NCBI GenBank assembly: GCA_039797095.1
Contig: JBDKIN010000202.1
Location: 2,729-66,728, forward strand
Length of the DNA stretch: 64,000 nt
From: Verrucomicrobiota bacterium
Lineage (GTDB): Bacteria; Verrucomicrobiota; Verrucomicrobiia; Opitutales; UBA953
Direction: 5' to 3'
The number at the start of each line of letters is the position of its first letter. Position 1 is the stretch's first letter. Of the stretch, positions 26,571 to 35,336 are shown one piece after another. Both the position numbers and the translations under genes were made by a program. Below the pieces are notes generated by a model. The model searched no databases and had not been told where the DNA came from. It worked only from the letters and a program-made list of their open reading frames with translations.

Positions 26571-28274
26571 ATGAGCCAGAAGAAGGCCACCATCGTCAAT
26601 CTCGCCGCGTCTAACGTCTCGGTCTCGCAGTTCTCCGCCGCCGCCGGCACGCTCGTCCTCGAGCAGTTCTACGTCGAAGAGATCGCCCCCGGCCTGACCG
26701 GCGACGAAGAGTGGTTGAACGCGGCTATCGCCGCGCTCGCCAACCTGGTCAACCAGCACGGACTCAAGGGCCGCGTCACCGTCATCGCCCCGGCTTTCCT
26801 GCTCCTCCAGAAGCCGCTCAAGGTCGCGCAGGTCGAGAAGGCCAAGCAGGCTCAGATCGTCGCCTTCGAGGCCCAGAACGCCATCCCCTATCCGCTCAAC
26901 GAAGTCATCTGGGACAGCCAGCTCATGGCTTCCGACGGCGTCGAAGCCGAAGTCCTGCTCTTCGCCCTGCGTACCGAAGTCGCCACGCGTATCGCGAACT
27001 TGGTGACGTCGACCGGCCTCCGGCCCATGTCGATCCAGGCGGCGCCTCTCCTCGACAGCCAGGCCTTCCGCCTCGGCGGCGGTTCGGCCGCCGAAGAAGT
27101 CCTCATCGTCAACGTCGGCGCCCGCTCCACCACGCTCAGCTTCGTCGGTCCGAGCGGCGTCAACATCCAGACCGCCACGAACATGGGCGGCAACCTGCTC
27201 ACGCAGGGCATCTCGGATAACACCGGCCAGCCTTTCGCCACCTCCGAGGCCATCAAGGTAGGTTACTTCTCCGGCGTCCTCCAGCTCGCCGAGTCCGACC
27301 CGCAGGTCGCCGTCCTGCAGGCCAACGCGCAGACCTTCATCCGTCGCCTGGCGCAGGACATCAATCGCCGCCTCATCAACGTCCGCCGCGGCGCCAACGG
27401 CCGTCAGCCGGCCCGCATCCTCATCACCGGCCGCGGTTCGCAGGTCCCCGGCCTCGCCGAACAGCTCTGCGAGACCCTCCGTCTCGGCGTCGAGCCTTTC
27501 GATCCTTCTTCCGTCATCACCCCGGGCGAAGGCATCACCGCCGACCAGCTCCAGCGCGCGAAGCATCAGATCACCGAGGTCATCGGCGAGGCCGCCCGCC
27601 TCGTGCTGCCTCAGCCCAGCGGCGTCAACCTCATCCCGCGCGACATCGCCGCCCAGCAGGCCTTCGACGCCCGCAAGCCGCGCCTGCTCGCCGCCGCCGC
27701 GCTCGCCGCCGCCGCTCCTTTCTGCGTCTGGCTGGCCCTTGCTTCCTCCGAAGGCTGGAACAAGCAGCAGATCGACGAAGTCCAGAAGCGCCAGACCGAG
27801 CTCGCCGGCCGCCGCTCCTCCATCGAAGAATCCCGGAAGCAGGCCGCTGACCTCGCCGCCAAGTGCAAGGAACTCGAGCACGTCATCCTCAACCGTTCCA
27901 ACTGGCCGGCCTTCCTCGGCGACCTCCAGGCCCGCGTCGGGACCTGCAAGAACACCTGGATCGAGGACCTCCACGTGAAGTATGAGACGCTCCCGTCGGC
28001 TCCGGCCACGGACGGGCAGCCGCCGGCTCCCCCTGTCGTCGTCACCAAGGTCGTCCTTTCCGTCCGCTTCCTGTTCACCGAGGTGCCGCTCGATGAGAAG
28101 CGTTATCGCTCCGCCCCCGAGAAGGTGCACATCTCCCGGCTGGTCGAGGCCCTGCGCAAGTCGCCTTACGTGACCAATATCCCCGAGAACGAGATCAGCG
28201 TCACGGACCAGAACACCATCCGGACCCCGAAGGCCACCCTCTCCCTCGTCATCCAAAAGGAAAAGGCCCTCTAA
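26571..28274 (+). CDS. PilM-like actin-fold ATPase fused to a TM helix and PilN/PilO-like periplasmic coiled-coil domain (Amuc_1101-type)
   Basis: N-terminal approx 340 aa resemble PilM/FtsA (VNLAASNVSV..., IVNVGARSTTLSF, ILITGRGSQVPGL). TM helix LLAAAALAAAAPFCVWLALA, followed by a coiled coil. Confidence 0.75.
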   Translation: MSQKKATIVNLAASNVSVSQFSAAAGTLVLEQFYVEEIAPGLTGDEEWLNAAIAALANLVNQHGLKGRVTVIAPAFLLLQKPLKVAQVEKAKQAQIVAFEAQNAIPYPLNEVIWDSQLMASDGVEAEVLLFALRTEVATRIANLVTSTGLRPMSIQAAPLLDSQAFRLGGGSAAEEVLIVNVGARSTTLSFVGPSGVNIQTATNMGGNLLTQGISDNTGQPFATSEAIKVGYFSGVLQLAESDPQVAVLQANAQTFIRRLAQDINRRLINVRRGANGRQPARILITGRGSQVPGLAEQLCETLRLGVEPFDPSSVITPGEGITADQLQRAKHQITEVIGEAARLVLPQPSGVNLIPRDIAAQQAFDARKPRLLAAAALAAAAPFCVWLALASSEGWNKQQIDEVQKRQTELAGRRSSIEESRKQAADLAAKCKELEHVILNRSNWPAFLGDLQARVGTCKNTWIEDLHVKYETLPSAPATDGQPPAPPVVVTKVVLSVRFLFTEVPLDEKRYRSAPEKVHISRLVEALRKSPYVTNIPENEISVTDQNTIRTPKATLSLVIQKEKAL

Positions 28275-28278
28275 GACC

Positions 28279-29385
28279 ATGAACGCTTTCAAGAAGAATC
28301 TTGGTTTCAACCTCGGACTCATCGTCCTCGGCGGGGCTTTCCTCGCCGGGCTCGTCATGGCTTACCTCGCTTACAGCGGTGGCGTCGAGACCTCCGAGTC
28401 CCTGCGTCGCAGCACCAACATCGAGGCGGCCCTCTTGGGCGGCCACTCCTTCGGTCCCGGCGAACCGGCGGTTTCCCTCAACGACGACAACGTCAAGGCC
28501 GCCCAGGCCGACGTCGCCGAGCTCACCAAGCACCGTGACAACCTCCGGGCCGCGATCGCGGGCAATCCTGACCTGGCCATTTCCGGCCGGCCGACCGCCA
28601 ATGGCACCGAGCTCAGCGCCTTGCTGCGCGAGTCGGTCGACGGCTGGCGCAAGCAGGCGGCCGACCAAGGCGTGAAGCTGGCGCCCAACGAGCCGACCAC
28701 CTTCGGCTTCCACCGCTATTACCAGAATCCCGGCACCGGACCTAAGCGCGATTTCCAGAAGGTCGACCAGCAGCGCCAGATCATCGATTTCCTCGTCCGT
28801 CAGCTCATCGAATCCCGTCCGGCCAGCTCGCCGCTGCTGATCGAGTCCGTCGACCGCGAACCCATCGAGACGTTCGTCCTCATCCCGGAAGGCCGCCCTG
28901 GCGCCGGCACCTATGGTCCGGACAGCGAAGTCACCCGCAACGAAGTCGATGAGTTCAAGCCGGTCCGCACCCTCGCCCGCCCGGGCCTCGTCGATGCCCT
29001 GTCGTTCCGCGTCCGCTTCGTCGGACACACCGCGACCCTGCGCACCTTCGTCAACAAGATCCGCAACTCCGGCCGTCCGGTCGCGGTGACTTCCATCGAC
29101 GTCGGTACCACGACCCCGGAGTTCGAGAAACTCATGGGTGCTCCCGCCGTGGCCGCCCCGGCCGCCGCTGCCGCCCCGGCCGCCGCCGGCGCCGCGACGC
29201 TCTCGTTCTTCGAACAGGCTCCCGCCGCTGCGGCCACTCCGGCCGCCGCCACCACCGCCTCTCCGGATGAGCGCCGTGTCACGGTCGTCCAGCGTAAGCT
29301 CTCGGCTTTCGTGGTCCAGATCGACTACCTCTCGCTCCCCGAGGAGAAGGCTCCCGCCGGCACCGAAGGCGAACCCAAGAAATAA
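28279..29385 (+). CDS. Amuc_1100-family pilus-like protein
   Basis: N-terminal TM helix, central domain, Ala/Pro-rich linker, C-terminal beta segment (VVQRKLSAFVVQIDYLSLPEEK). Same layout as my recollection of Akkermansia Amuc_1100. Confidence 0.7.
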   Translation: MNAFKKNLGFNLGLIVLGGAFLAGLVMAYLAYSGGVETSESLRRSTNIEAALLGGHSFGPGEPAVSLNDDNVKAAQADVAELTKHRDNLRAAIAGNPDLAISGRPTANGTELSALLRESVDGWRKQAADQGVKLAPNEPTTFGFHRYYQNPGTGPKRDFQKVDQQRQIIDFLVRQLIESRPASSPLLIESVDREPIETFVLIPEGRPGAGTYGPDSEVTRNEVDEFKPVRTLARPGLVDALSFRVRFVGHTATLRTFVNKIRNSGRPVAVTSIDVGTTTPEFEKLMGAPAVAAPAAAAAPAAAGAATLSFFEQAPAAAATPAAATTASPDERRVTVVQRKLSAFVVQIDYLSLPEEKAPAGTEGEPKK

Positions 29386-29397
29386 AGCACTCCGGTC

Positions 29398-30330
29398 ATG
29401 AATTCCCGCAAGGACATCCTTCTCGTCTCCCTCGGCGCGCTCTTGTTCGCCGCCGGTCTCGCCGTCTACCTCAATCCGGGACTGATCGCTCCGCCCGTGC
29501 CCGACGAGGACGGCAAGACCGCCATCCTCAACAATCTCCGCCAGGCTCCGCCCGCCGGAGGCGCCTACGCCGGCACCCCTCGCGCTTCGCTCGAAGATAA
29601 CGTCAAGGACTGGCTGAGCCCCGAAGAAGACGAAGACAACTGGGACTACGATCTTTTCACCGCCATCGACGTGGCCTGGGATCCTGCGACCAAGGAATAC
29701 GTCCCGCGCAGCCGCAAGGCGGACGTCCTGCCGCCGTTCGGCGTGGAACTCGTCTCCGTCGGCTACCCCACTTACACCTTCATGCTCAGTTCCTCCTCGC
29801 TGCCGCCGAGCCGCAAGGAAGAAGACCGTCTCTTCTCCCTGAAGAACGTTAAGACCAACCGTTACCTCGACGACTGTAAGTTGAATACCCCGATCCCCGA
29901 CGCCCCTTATCTTACCCTGAAGTCCTACCGGGTCGAGAAGGGCAAAGACGCCGACGGGTTCCCTTACGTCCGCAACATCCTGACGGTCGATGACCGGCAA
30001 TTTGGACAGATCGTCGAAATCGACGACGAGAAGCCCCTCGAGTTCAAGAAACGCGTCGACATCATCCTTCGCTCCACCGACGACCCCTCCTGGGCCCAGA
30101 ACCTCCATCAGGTTGGGGATAAGTTTGAGCTCAACGGAGCCACCTTCGTGGTCAAAGGCATTGACTTGCCGACCAAGAGCGTGACTTTTGAGAAGACCAT
30201 CGTCCTCAACCCCAAGAGGCCCAGTAAGAAGACTTTCGACCAGCAGACGCTGGTCGTCCCGGCGCCCCCGCCCCCCGTCCCTAAGACCAAGCCCGCCGCC
30301 CCTGCGTCGAGCGCTCCCACCACCAAATAA
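29398..30330 (+). CDS. Pilus-like system protein (Amuc_1099-position), bitopic
   Basis: N-terminal TM helix LLVSLGALLFAAGLAVYL and Pro-rich C-terminal tail. Assigned by position between the Amuc_1100-like gene and the secretin. Confidence 0.55.
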   Translation: MNSRKDILLVSLGALLFAAGLAVYLNPGLIAPPVPDEDGKTAILNNLRQAPPAGGAYAGTPRASLEDNVKDWLSPEEDEDNWDYDLFTAIDVAWDPATKEYVPRSRKADVLPPFGVELVSVGYPTYTFMLSSSSLPPSRKEEDRLFSLKNVKTNRYLDDCKLNTPIPDAPYLTLKSYRVEKGKDADGFPYVRNILTVDDRQFGQIVEIDDEKPLEFKKRVDIILRSTDDPSWAQNLHQVGDKFELNGATFVVKGIDLPTKSVTFEKTIVLNPKRPSKKTFDQQTLVVPAPPPPVPKTKPAAPASSAPTTK

Positions 30331-30349
30331 TTTTCAAAGCCCCCCACTC

Positions 30350-33337
30350 ATGAAAAAAATCCACCGTTCGCAGCTCGCTTGGGCCGCTTTCGCACTCGCG
30401 CTCGCCGCTGGCTCGCTCGTCGCCCAAGATGGCGATGCTTCCGCGCGCAAGCCGATGCTGCTCGCCGAGGCTCTCAAGGCTCGCGATGAAGGCAACCTCC
30501 AGACCGCCAAGGAGAAGTTCGAGGCGATCCTCGCGATCGACCCCAAGGACATGGGGGCCAACGAAGGCCTGACCTCCGTCAACGCGGCCCTCGCCGAGGC
30601 CGCCGCCGCCAAGCAGGCCGCCGACGCCAAGGCCGCCGCTCCGACGGCCGCCGCTCCGGCCCCCGCCGTTGCTCCGGCCGCGCCCAGCGCGCTCGACGAA
30701 GTCGCGACCGCCCACCAGAACCGATTCGACGAAGTCACCCGTGCCATCGATGCCGCCAAGGCCAAGATCGCCGCGGGCGACCTCAAGCGCGCCCAGGAAA
30801 TCCTCGACGGTGCCAGCGGCGCCCTCGCCACGATTCCGACCGCCGCCGCCCAGAAGCTCCGCGACGCCATCTCCCTCGCCAAGCAGGACCTCGCCGTACG
30901 TCGCGATGCCGGCGGTGCTTCCGCCGCCCAGGACGAGGTCAAGCGCCTCGCCAAGGAAAACTCCGCCTCCCTCGCCAAGCAGGACGATGCCATCGACGCG
31001 GCTGAAAAGCTGCTCCGCAAGGGCACCGCAGATTCCGTCGACAAGGCCATCTCCGACCTCGATGCGGCCGACCGCGCCCTCGGCGCCGAAAGCCTTTCCA
31101 ACAAGGATCTCAAGGAGCGCATCAAGGCGACCAAGGGCTCGGCCCTCGCCCGTCGCGCCCTCATCGCGATCGAAGCCCGCGACATGAATCGCGCCACCAC
31201 CCTTGTCGCCGAATACGCCAAGCTCAAGGGCGAGGAAGATCCGGCCGTCCTACGTCTCCAGAAGGAGCTCGCCGCCAAGCGCGATAATCCGACTTACCGC
31301 AACATCGACGAACTCTCCCCGGGCGTCCGTAACAAGGACGAAAAGGTCAACGAGCTGCTCGTCAAGGGCCGCGCCCGCTACCTCTACGGCGACTACCAGG
31401 GAGCCCTCGACGCCTACCGCGAAGTCCTCCAGTACCAGCCCAACAACTCCGAATCCAAGGCCTATCAGGTCCGCATCCGCCAGATGTTGTCCGAGAACTC
31501 CGGCCAGTGGAACCGCGGGGTGACCAAGGGCAAGCTGCTCGAGCTCCTCGATGAGACCTGGAAGCTCCCCGAAGTCTTCAACCGCGAGAACACCAAGACC
31601 GACCTCGGCAACGGCAATGACCCGGTGACCGAGAAGATGAAGACGATCCGTCTGCCCGAAGGCTTCATCGCCCGCGACGAACCGCTGGACCGCGCGCTCA
31701 CCAAGCTCTCGAGCCTCTCGCAGACCTACGACAAGGACCAGAAGGGCGTGAACATCGTGCCCGTCACCGACGGCGGCGAAAGCCCCACCGTCAACCTGCA
31801 GCTCCGCGACGTCACGGTCTTCCAGGCCCTCGACTACCTCTGCAAGCGCGTCGGCTACAGTTTCTCCGTCAGCCCCTCGGGTATCGTCGAAGTCCGCAAG
31901 GACGCCGGCGACAGCCTGCTCGACACCCAGTTCTTCGAACTGACCCAGGCCGCCGTCGTCAAGATGACCGGTCAGGGCCTCAACACCACCGCTCCCGGCG
32001 GCGGCGCCACCAATCCCTTCGGCGGCGCCACCGGCGCGGCTGGTCCGACCGACGGCAACCCGCAGGAAATGGCGATCAAGAGCTTCCTCATCCGCTCGGG
32101 CGTCCCGTTCGAGCCGCCGGCGACCCTCTCGTTCGACGGCACCCGTCTCATCGTCACGGGCAGCCCGAAGAACCTGGACCGCGTGAAGAACATCATCCGT
32201 CGCTACTCCGACATCAAGCAGGTCCACATCGAAGCCAAGTTCATCGAAGTCGAGCAGAAGGCGCTCAACGAACTCGGCGTCAACTGGTCGCTGACGCCCA
32301 CGGTCGAGGGTAACGGTGGCGTCACCGCCGGCACCAACCTGCGCTCGATCAACCGTGTGTTCGCGCAGAATAACACGGCTCCGAAGAACCTCACCATCAA
32401 CAGTCAGATCACGACCCAAGCGGGCGTCACCACCAACACCACCCAGACCTTCCCCAATGTCGCCCCGACCTTCCCGGGAGGCATGAATCTGGGCAGCATC
32501 GCGAACACCTACAGCGGCACCGTCAATATCCTCAGCCGCGAGACCCTCGCCCTGACCATCCGCGCGATCGAAGAAAGCGCCGGCAGCGACCTGATGTCGT
32601 CCCCGAGCCTGACCGTCCTCGACGGCAAGACGGCCGTCATCAAGGTGGCCCAGCTGCTCCGTTATCCGCAAGCCTACGGCGACATCCAGTCCAACGTCGG
32701 TAACGGCGGCGGCGGCGGCGGCGCCCAGTTCGGCGCAGCCAACACTTCCGTCGCGATCACGGCCGGTACCCCGCAGGACTTCACCGTCCAGGAAGTCGGC
32801 GTGACCCTCGAAGTCACCCCGACCGTCGCGGCCGATGACTCCATCGCCCTCAACCTCAAGCCGAAGGTGACCGAGTTCGAAGGTTTCGTGGAATACGGCG
32901 GCACCTCCGTCGCCTTGACCGGCGGCGTGACCGTCACCGTGCCTTCCGGCTTCTTCCAGCCGATCTTCAGCACCCGCGAAGTCACGACCGACGTCACCGT
33001 CTTCGACGGCGCCACCGTCGTCATCGGCGGTTTGACCCGCGAAGAAGTGAAGACCATCGACGACAAGGTCCCGGTCCTCGGTTCGCTGCCCCTCATCGGC
33101 GCCGCTTTCCGTTCGAGCGGCAAGAGTGTCTCCAAGCGGAGCCTCATGGTGTTCGTCACCGCGAACCTCGTCTCGCCGGGTGGCGCCACCCTGCGCAGCT
33201 CCCATCCGGGCATGCGCGCCGGGGCGACCTTCTCGAACCCCACGCTCATCTCCCCGGGCGGCGCCGTCTACCGCGAGCCGATCGAAGCCGCCACGCCGAC
33301 CGAGCCCGCGCCGGTCGCCACCGAGCCGGCCAAGTAA
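30350..33337 (+). CDS. Secretin (GspD/PilQ family; Amuc_1098-type outer-membrane channel) with approx 480-aa N-terminal helical/TPR-like extension
   Basis: Start at internal ATG 30350 gives signal peptide MKKIHRSQLAWAAFALALAAGSLVAQ. N0-like VFQALDYLCKRVGYSF and secretin core KQVHIEAKFIEV...VPVLGSLPLIGAAFRS...MVFVTANLV. Confidence 0.88.
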   Translation: MKKIHRSQLAWAAFALALAAGSLVAQDGDASARKPMLLAEALKARDEGNLQTAKEKFEAILAIDPKDMGANEGLTSVNAALAEAAAAKQAADAKAAAPTAAAPAPAVAPAAPSALDEVATAHQNRFDEVTRAIDAAKAKIAAGDLKRAQEILDGASGALATIPTAAAQKLRDAISLAKQDLAVRRDAGGASAAQDEVKRLAKENSASLAKQDDAIDAAEKLLRKGTADSVDKAISDLDAADRALGAESLSNKDLKERIKATKGSALARRALIAIEARDMNRATTLVAEYAKLKGEEDPAVLRLQKELAAKRDNPTYRNIDELSPGVRNKDEKVNELLVKGRARYLYGDYQGALDAYREVLQYQPNNSESKAYQVRIRQMLSENSGQWNRGVTKGKLLELLDETWKLPEVFNRENTKTDLGNGNDPVTEKMKTIRLPEGFIARDEPLDRALTKLSSLSQTYDKDQKGVNIVPVTDGGESPTVNLQLRDVTVFQALDYLCKRVGYSFSVSPSGIVEVRKDAGDSLLDTQFFELTQAAVVKMTGQGLNTTAPGGGATNPFGGATGAAGPTDGNPQEMAIKSFLIRSGVPFEPPATLSFDGTRLIVTGSPKNLDRVKNIIRRYSDIKQVHIEAKFIEVEQKALNELGVNWSLTPTVEGNGGVTAGTNLRSINRVFAQNNTAPKNLTINSQITTQAGVTTNTTQTFPNVAPTFPGGMNLGSIANTYSGTVNILSRETLALTIRAIEESAGSDLMSSPSLTVLDGKTAVIKVAQLLRYPQAYGDIQSNVGNGGGGGGAQFGAANTSVAITAGTPQDFTVQEVGVTLEVTPTVAADDSIALNLKPKVTEFEGFVEYGGTSVALTGGVTVTVPSGFFQPIFSTREVTTDVTVFDGATVVIGGLTREEVKTIDDKVPVLGSLPLIGAAFRSSGKSVSKRSLMVFVTANLVSPGGATLRSSHPGMRAGATFSNPTLISPGGAVYREPIEAATPTEPAPVATEPAK

Positions 33338-33361
33338 GCCAGGCAGCGATGCCCGGTCCGA

Positions 33362-33392
33362 CAGGCCCGCCGTTCGGCGGGCCTGCTTTTTT
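33362..33392 (+). terminator. Rho-independent terminator after the secretin gene
   Basis: CAGGCCCGCC-GTTC-GGCGGGCCTG followed by TTTTTT. Confidence 0.85.
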
Positions 33393-33428
33393 CTCGATGC
33401 GTTCCGCCGGCGGAGCGACACTGGTCGC

Positions 33429-34400
33429 ATGCGCTGGCTGCTCATCGACGGATTCAACCTGGTCTTCCGCAGCCACTTCGCGATGGAGCGTTCCAACCTC
33501 CGCCGCCAGTCCGATCAGTTCCCCACGGGCGCCCTGCACGGCTGGATGAAGTCGCTGCTGGACCTGCGCGAAGGGGAGCAGCCGGACCGGTGCGCCGTCT
33601 TCTTCGACCTTGGCGGCTCGGACCGGCACCTGGAGGTCCTGCCGGAATACAAGGCCCAGCGCGACGAGACGCCGGAAGACATCGTGCTCCAGCTGCCGGA
33701 GATCAAACGGCTGACCGGGCTCCTCGGCTTCCAGGTCTTCGAGCGCCGCGGCGTCGAGGCCGATGACCTGATCGCGACCGCCGTCCGGATCCTCTCCGCC
33801 GCCGGCGACAGCTGCGTGATCGTCAGCGCCGACAAGGACTTCGGACAGTGCGTCGGCGGGCCGGTGATCCAGCTCGCCCCGCCGCCCACCGCGAACCCCG
33901 CCCTCGGCTGGCGGCGGCTCGACCCCGCCGCCGTGACCGAGAAGTTCGGCGTGCCGCCGGCGCGGATCGCCGACTACCTCGCGCTCGTGGGCGATACCTC
34001 GGACAACATCCCGGGCCTCAAGGGCGTCGGACCGAAGACCGCGGTGAAGTGGCTGACGGAATACGGCGACCTGGAGGGCGTGCTGGCAGCGGCCGACACC
34101 CTCCAACCGGAACGTTTCCGCGAGCAGGTGAAGGCCGAAGCCGAGCGTATCCGCGGCAACCTCCGCCTCGTCACCTTCCGGACGGACTTCGCTTTCGAAC
34201 CCGGCGTGCCGGTCGCGGAGGACGTCGCCGCCGTCGAGGCCTTCCTCGCCGAGATGGAGATGCACTCGACCCTGCGCCGCTACCAGGCCAAGCACGGACG
34301 AGCGGCCTCGCCGTCGCCCGAGGCGCCGAAGGCCGAGCCTCCGGCCCTGAAGGCGAAAGCCAAGCCCGCGCCGGATGCCCAGCAGGGTGAGCTTTTCTAG
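33429..34400 (+). CDS. 5'-3' exonuclease / flap endonuclease (stand-alone Pol I N-terminal-domain homolog) with Lys/Ala/Pro-rich tail
   Basis: Internal ATG 33429: MRWLLIDGFNLVFRSHFA. Blocks YKAQRDETPED, EADDLIAT, SADKDF and LVGDTSDNIPGLKGVGPKTA (H3TH). No polymerase domain. Confidence 0.88.
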   Translation: MRWLLIDGFNLVFRSHFAMERSNLRRQSDQFPTGALHGWMKSLLDLREGEQPDRCAVFFDLGGSDRHLEVLPEYKAQRDETPEDIVLQLPEIKRLTGLLGFQVFERRGVEADDLIATAVRILSAAGDSCVIVSADKDFGQCVGGPVIQLAPPPTANPALGWRRLDPAAVTEKFGVPPARIADYLALVGDTSDNIPGLKGVGPKTAVKWLTEYGDLEGVLAAADTLQPERFREQVKAEAERIRGNLRLVTFRTDFAFEPGVPVAEDVAAVEAFLAEMEMHSTLRRYQAKHGRAASPSPEAPKAEPPALKAKAKPAPDAQQGELF

Positions 34401-34410
34401 CCAACAAAAA

Positions 34411-34432
34411 GGCCCGCCGGTGAGGGCGGGCC
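34411..34432. terminator. Bidirectional terminator hairpin between convergent genes
   Basis: A-run, then GGCCCGCC-GGTGAG-GGCGGGCC. Confidence 0.6.
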
Positions 34433-34457
34433 TGAGGGCGAAGGATAAGCGCGAGGC

Positions 34458-35303
34458 TTAGTTCTTCTTCTCGGCCTTCTTCTCGAGCTTCGGCGCTTCG
34501 ACGGCGGCGGGGGCCGCGGCGGCCTGCTGCTGGGCGTTGGCGATGAGGCCCTGGACCTGGTTCACTTCTTCCTGATTGAGCAGGATGACGAACTTCGACT
34601 CGAGGACTTCGACTTCGTAATTATGGGTGATCGAATAGCCGACGCTGTCGGCCATCTCCTTGTTGCCCTTGTTGAGGAGCTCCAAGGTCTGGTCGAGCTG
34701 GGTCTGGATGCGGGTCTTGTCCTCTTCCTTCTCGGCGCGCTTCAGGAGCTCGGTGAGCTGGATGACGGCGTCGCGTCGGGCCTGGAGGACCTTGGCGAAC
34801 TGGTCGAACTGGATGACGAGGTCGAGGCCGCGGATCTCGGCGGTCTGCAGGAGGCGACGGTCGCCGCGGACGACGAGCTGCTCTTCCTTGAAGTTCTTAT
34901 CGGCCTTGGCCTTGGCGGCTTCTTCTTCCGAGACGACGGCGAAGAGGCGGAGGGCGGTGTTGATGAAGGTCGCCTGGCGATTGGCCACGGCCGAGACGCT
35001 GAAGCCCCAGACCTTGACGAAGATGCCGTCCTTCTCGTTGAAGTCCTTCGCTTCGGCTTCGGCGACCTTGATCAGCGCGTCGCGCTCGACGGTGGTCAGC
35101 GCGACCTGGATGCGCTGCTGGAGCTGCTGGATGCGGCCGAGGTGCTGGCCGAGGGTCTGGAGTTCCTGCTGGAAGCGGGCGAGGGATCCCTGGTTGGAGA
35201 TCGTCAGGACGACGCGGGCCAGGTTCTGGCCGAGCGGGATGAGCTCGATGACCGGGCCCTTCGGGGTTTCGGCGGGAGCGGCGGGGGTTTCGGTGGCGGA
35301 CAT
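34458..35303 (-). CDS. Hypothetical coiled-coil protein, paralog A (no signal peptide)
   Basis: Aligns along most of its length with the adjacent upstream gene (FQxxxQxLGQ, ALTTxE, GFS, EExAK, KxFK). Lys-rich C-terminus. Confidence 0.6.
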   Translation of the reverse strand: MSATETPAAPAETPKGPVIELIPLGQNLARVVLTISNQGSLARFQQELQTLGQHLGRIQQLQQRIQVALTTVERDALIKVAEAEAKDFNEKDGIFVKVWGFSVSAVANRQATFINTALRLFAVVSEEEAAKAKADKNFKEEQLVVRGDRRLLQTAEIRGLDLVIQFDQFAKVLQARRDAVIQLTELLKRAEKEEDKTRIQTQLDQTLELLNKGNKEMADSVGYSITHNYEVEVLESKFVILLNQEEVNQVQGLIANAQQQAAAAPAAVEAPKLEKKAEKKN

Positions 35304-35336
35304 GTTAGGGTGGGGTGGGGTTAGGGGTAAGGGGAA

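Noticed and set aside
28279-28380. Possible type IV pilin class-III signal in the Amuc_1100-like protein (KKNLG/FNLGLIV).
   Set aside because: There is a Gly-Phe junction followed by a hydrophobic helix. The conserved Glu at +5 is absent and the protein is far larger than, and unlike, pilins. I treat it as a bitopic membrane anchor.
30188-30349. Upstream extension of the secretin ORF (start at 30188).
   Set aside because: The extension is Arg/Pro/Ser-rich and overlaps the 3' end of the preceding gene. The ATG at 30350 gives a canonical signal peptide (MKKIHRSQLAWAAFALALAAGSLVAQ).
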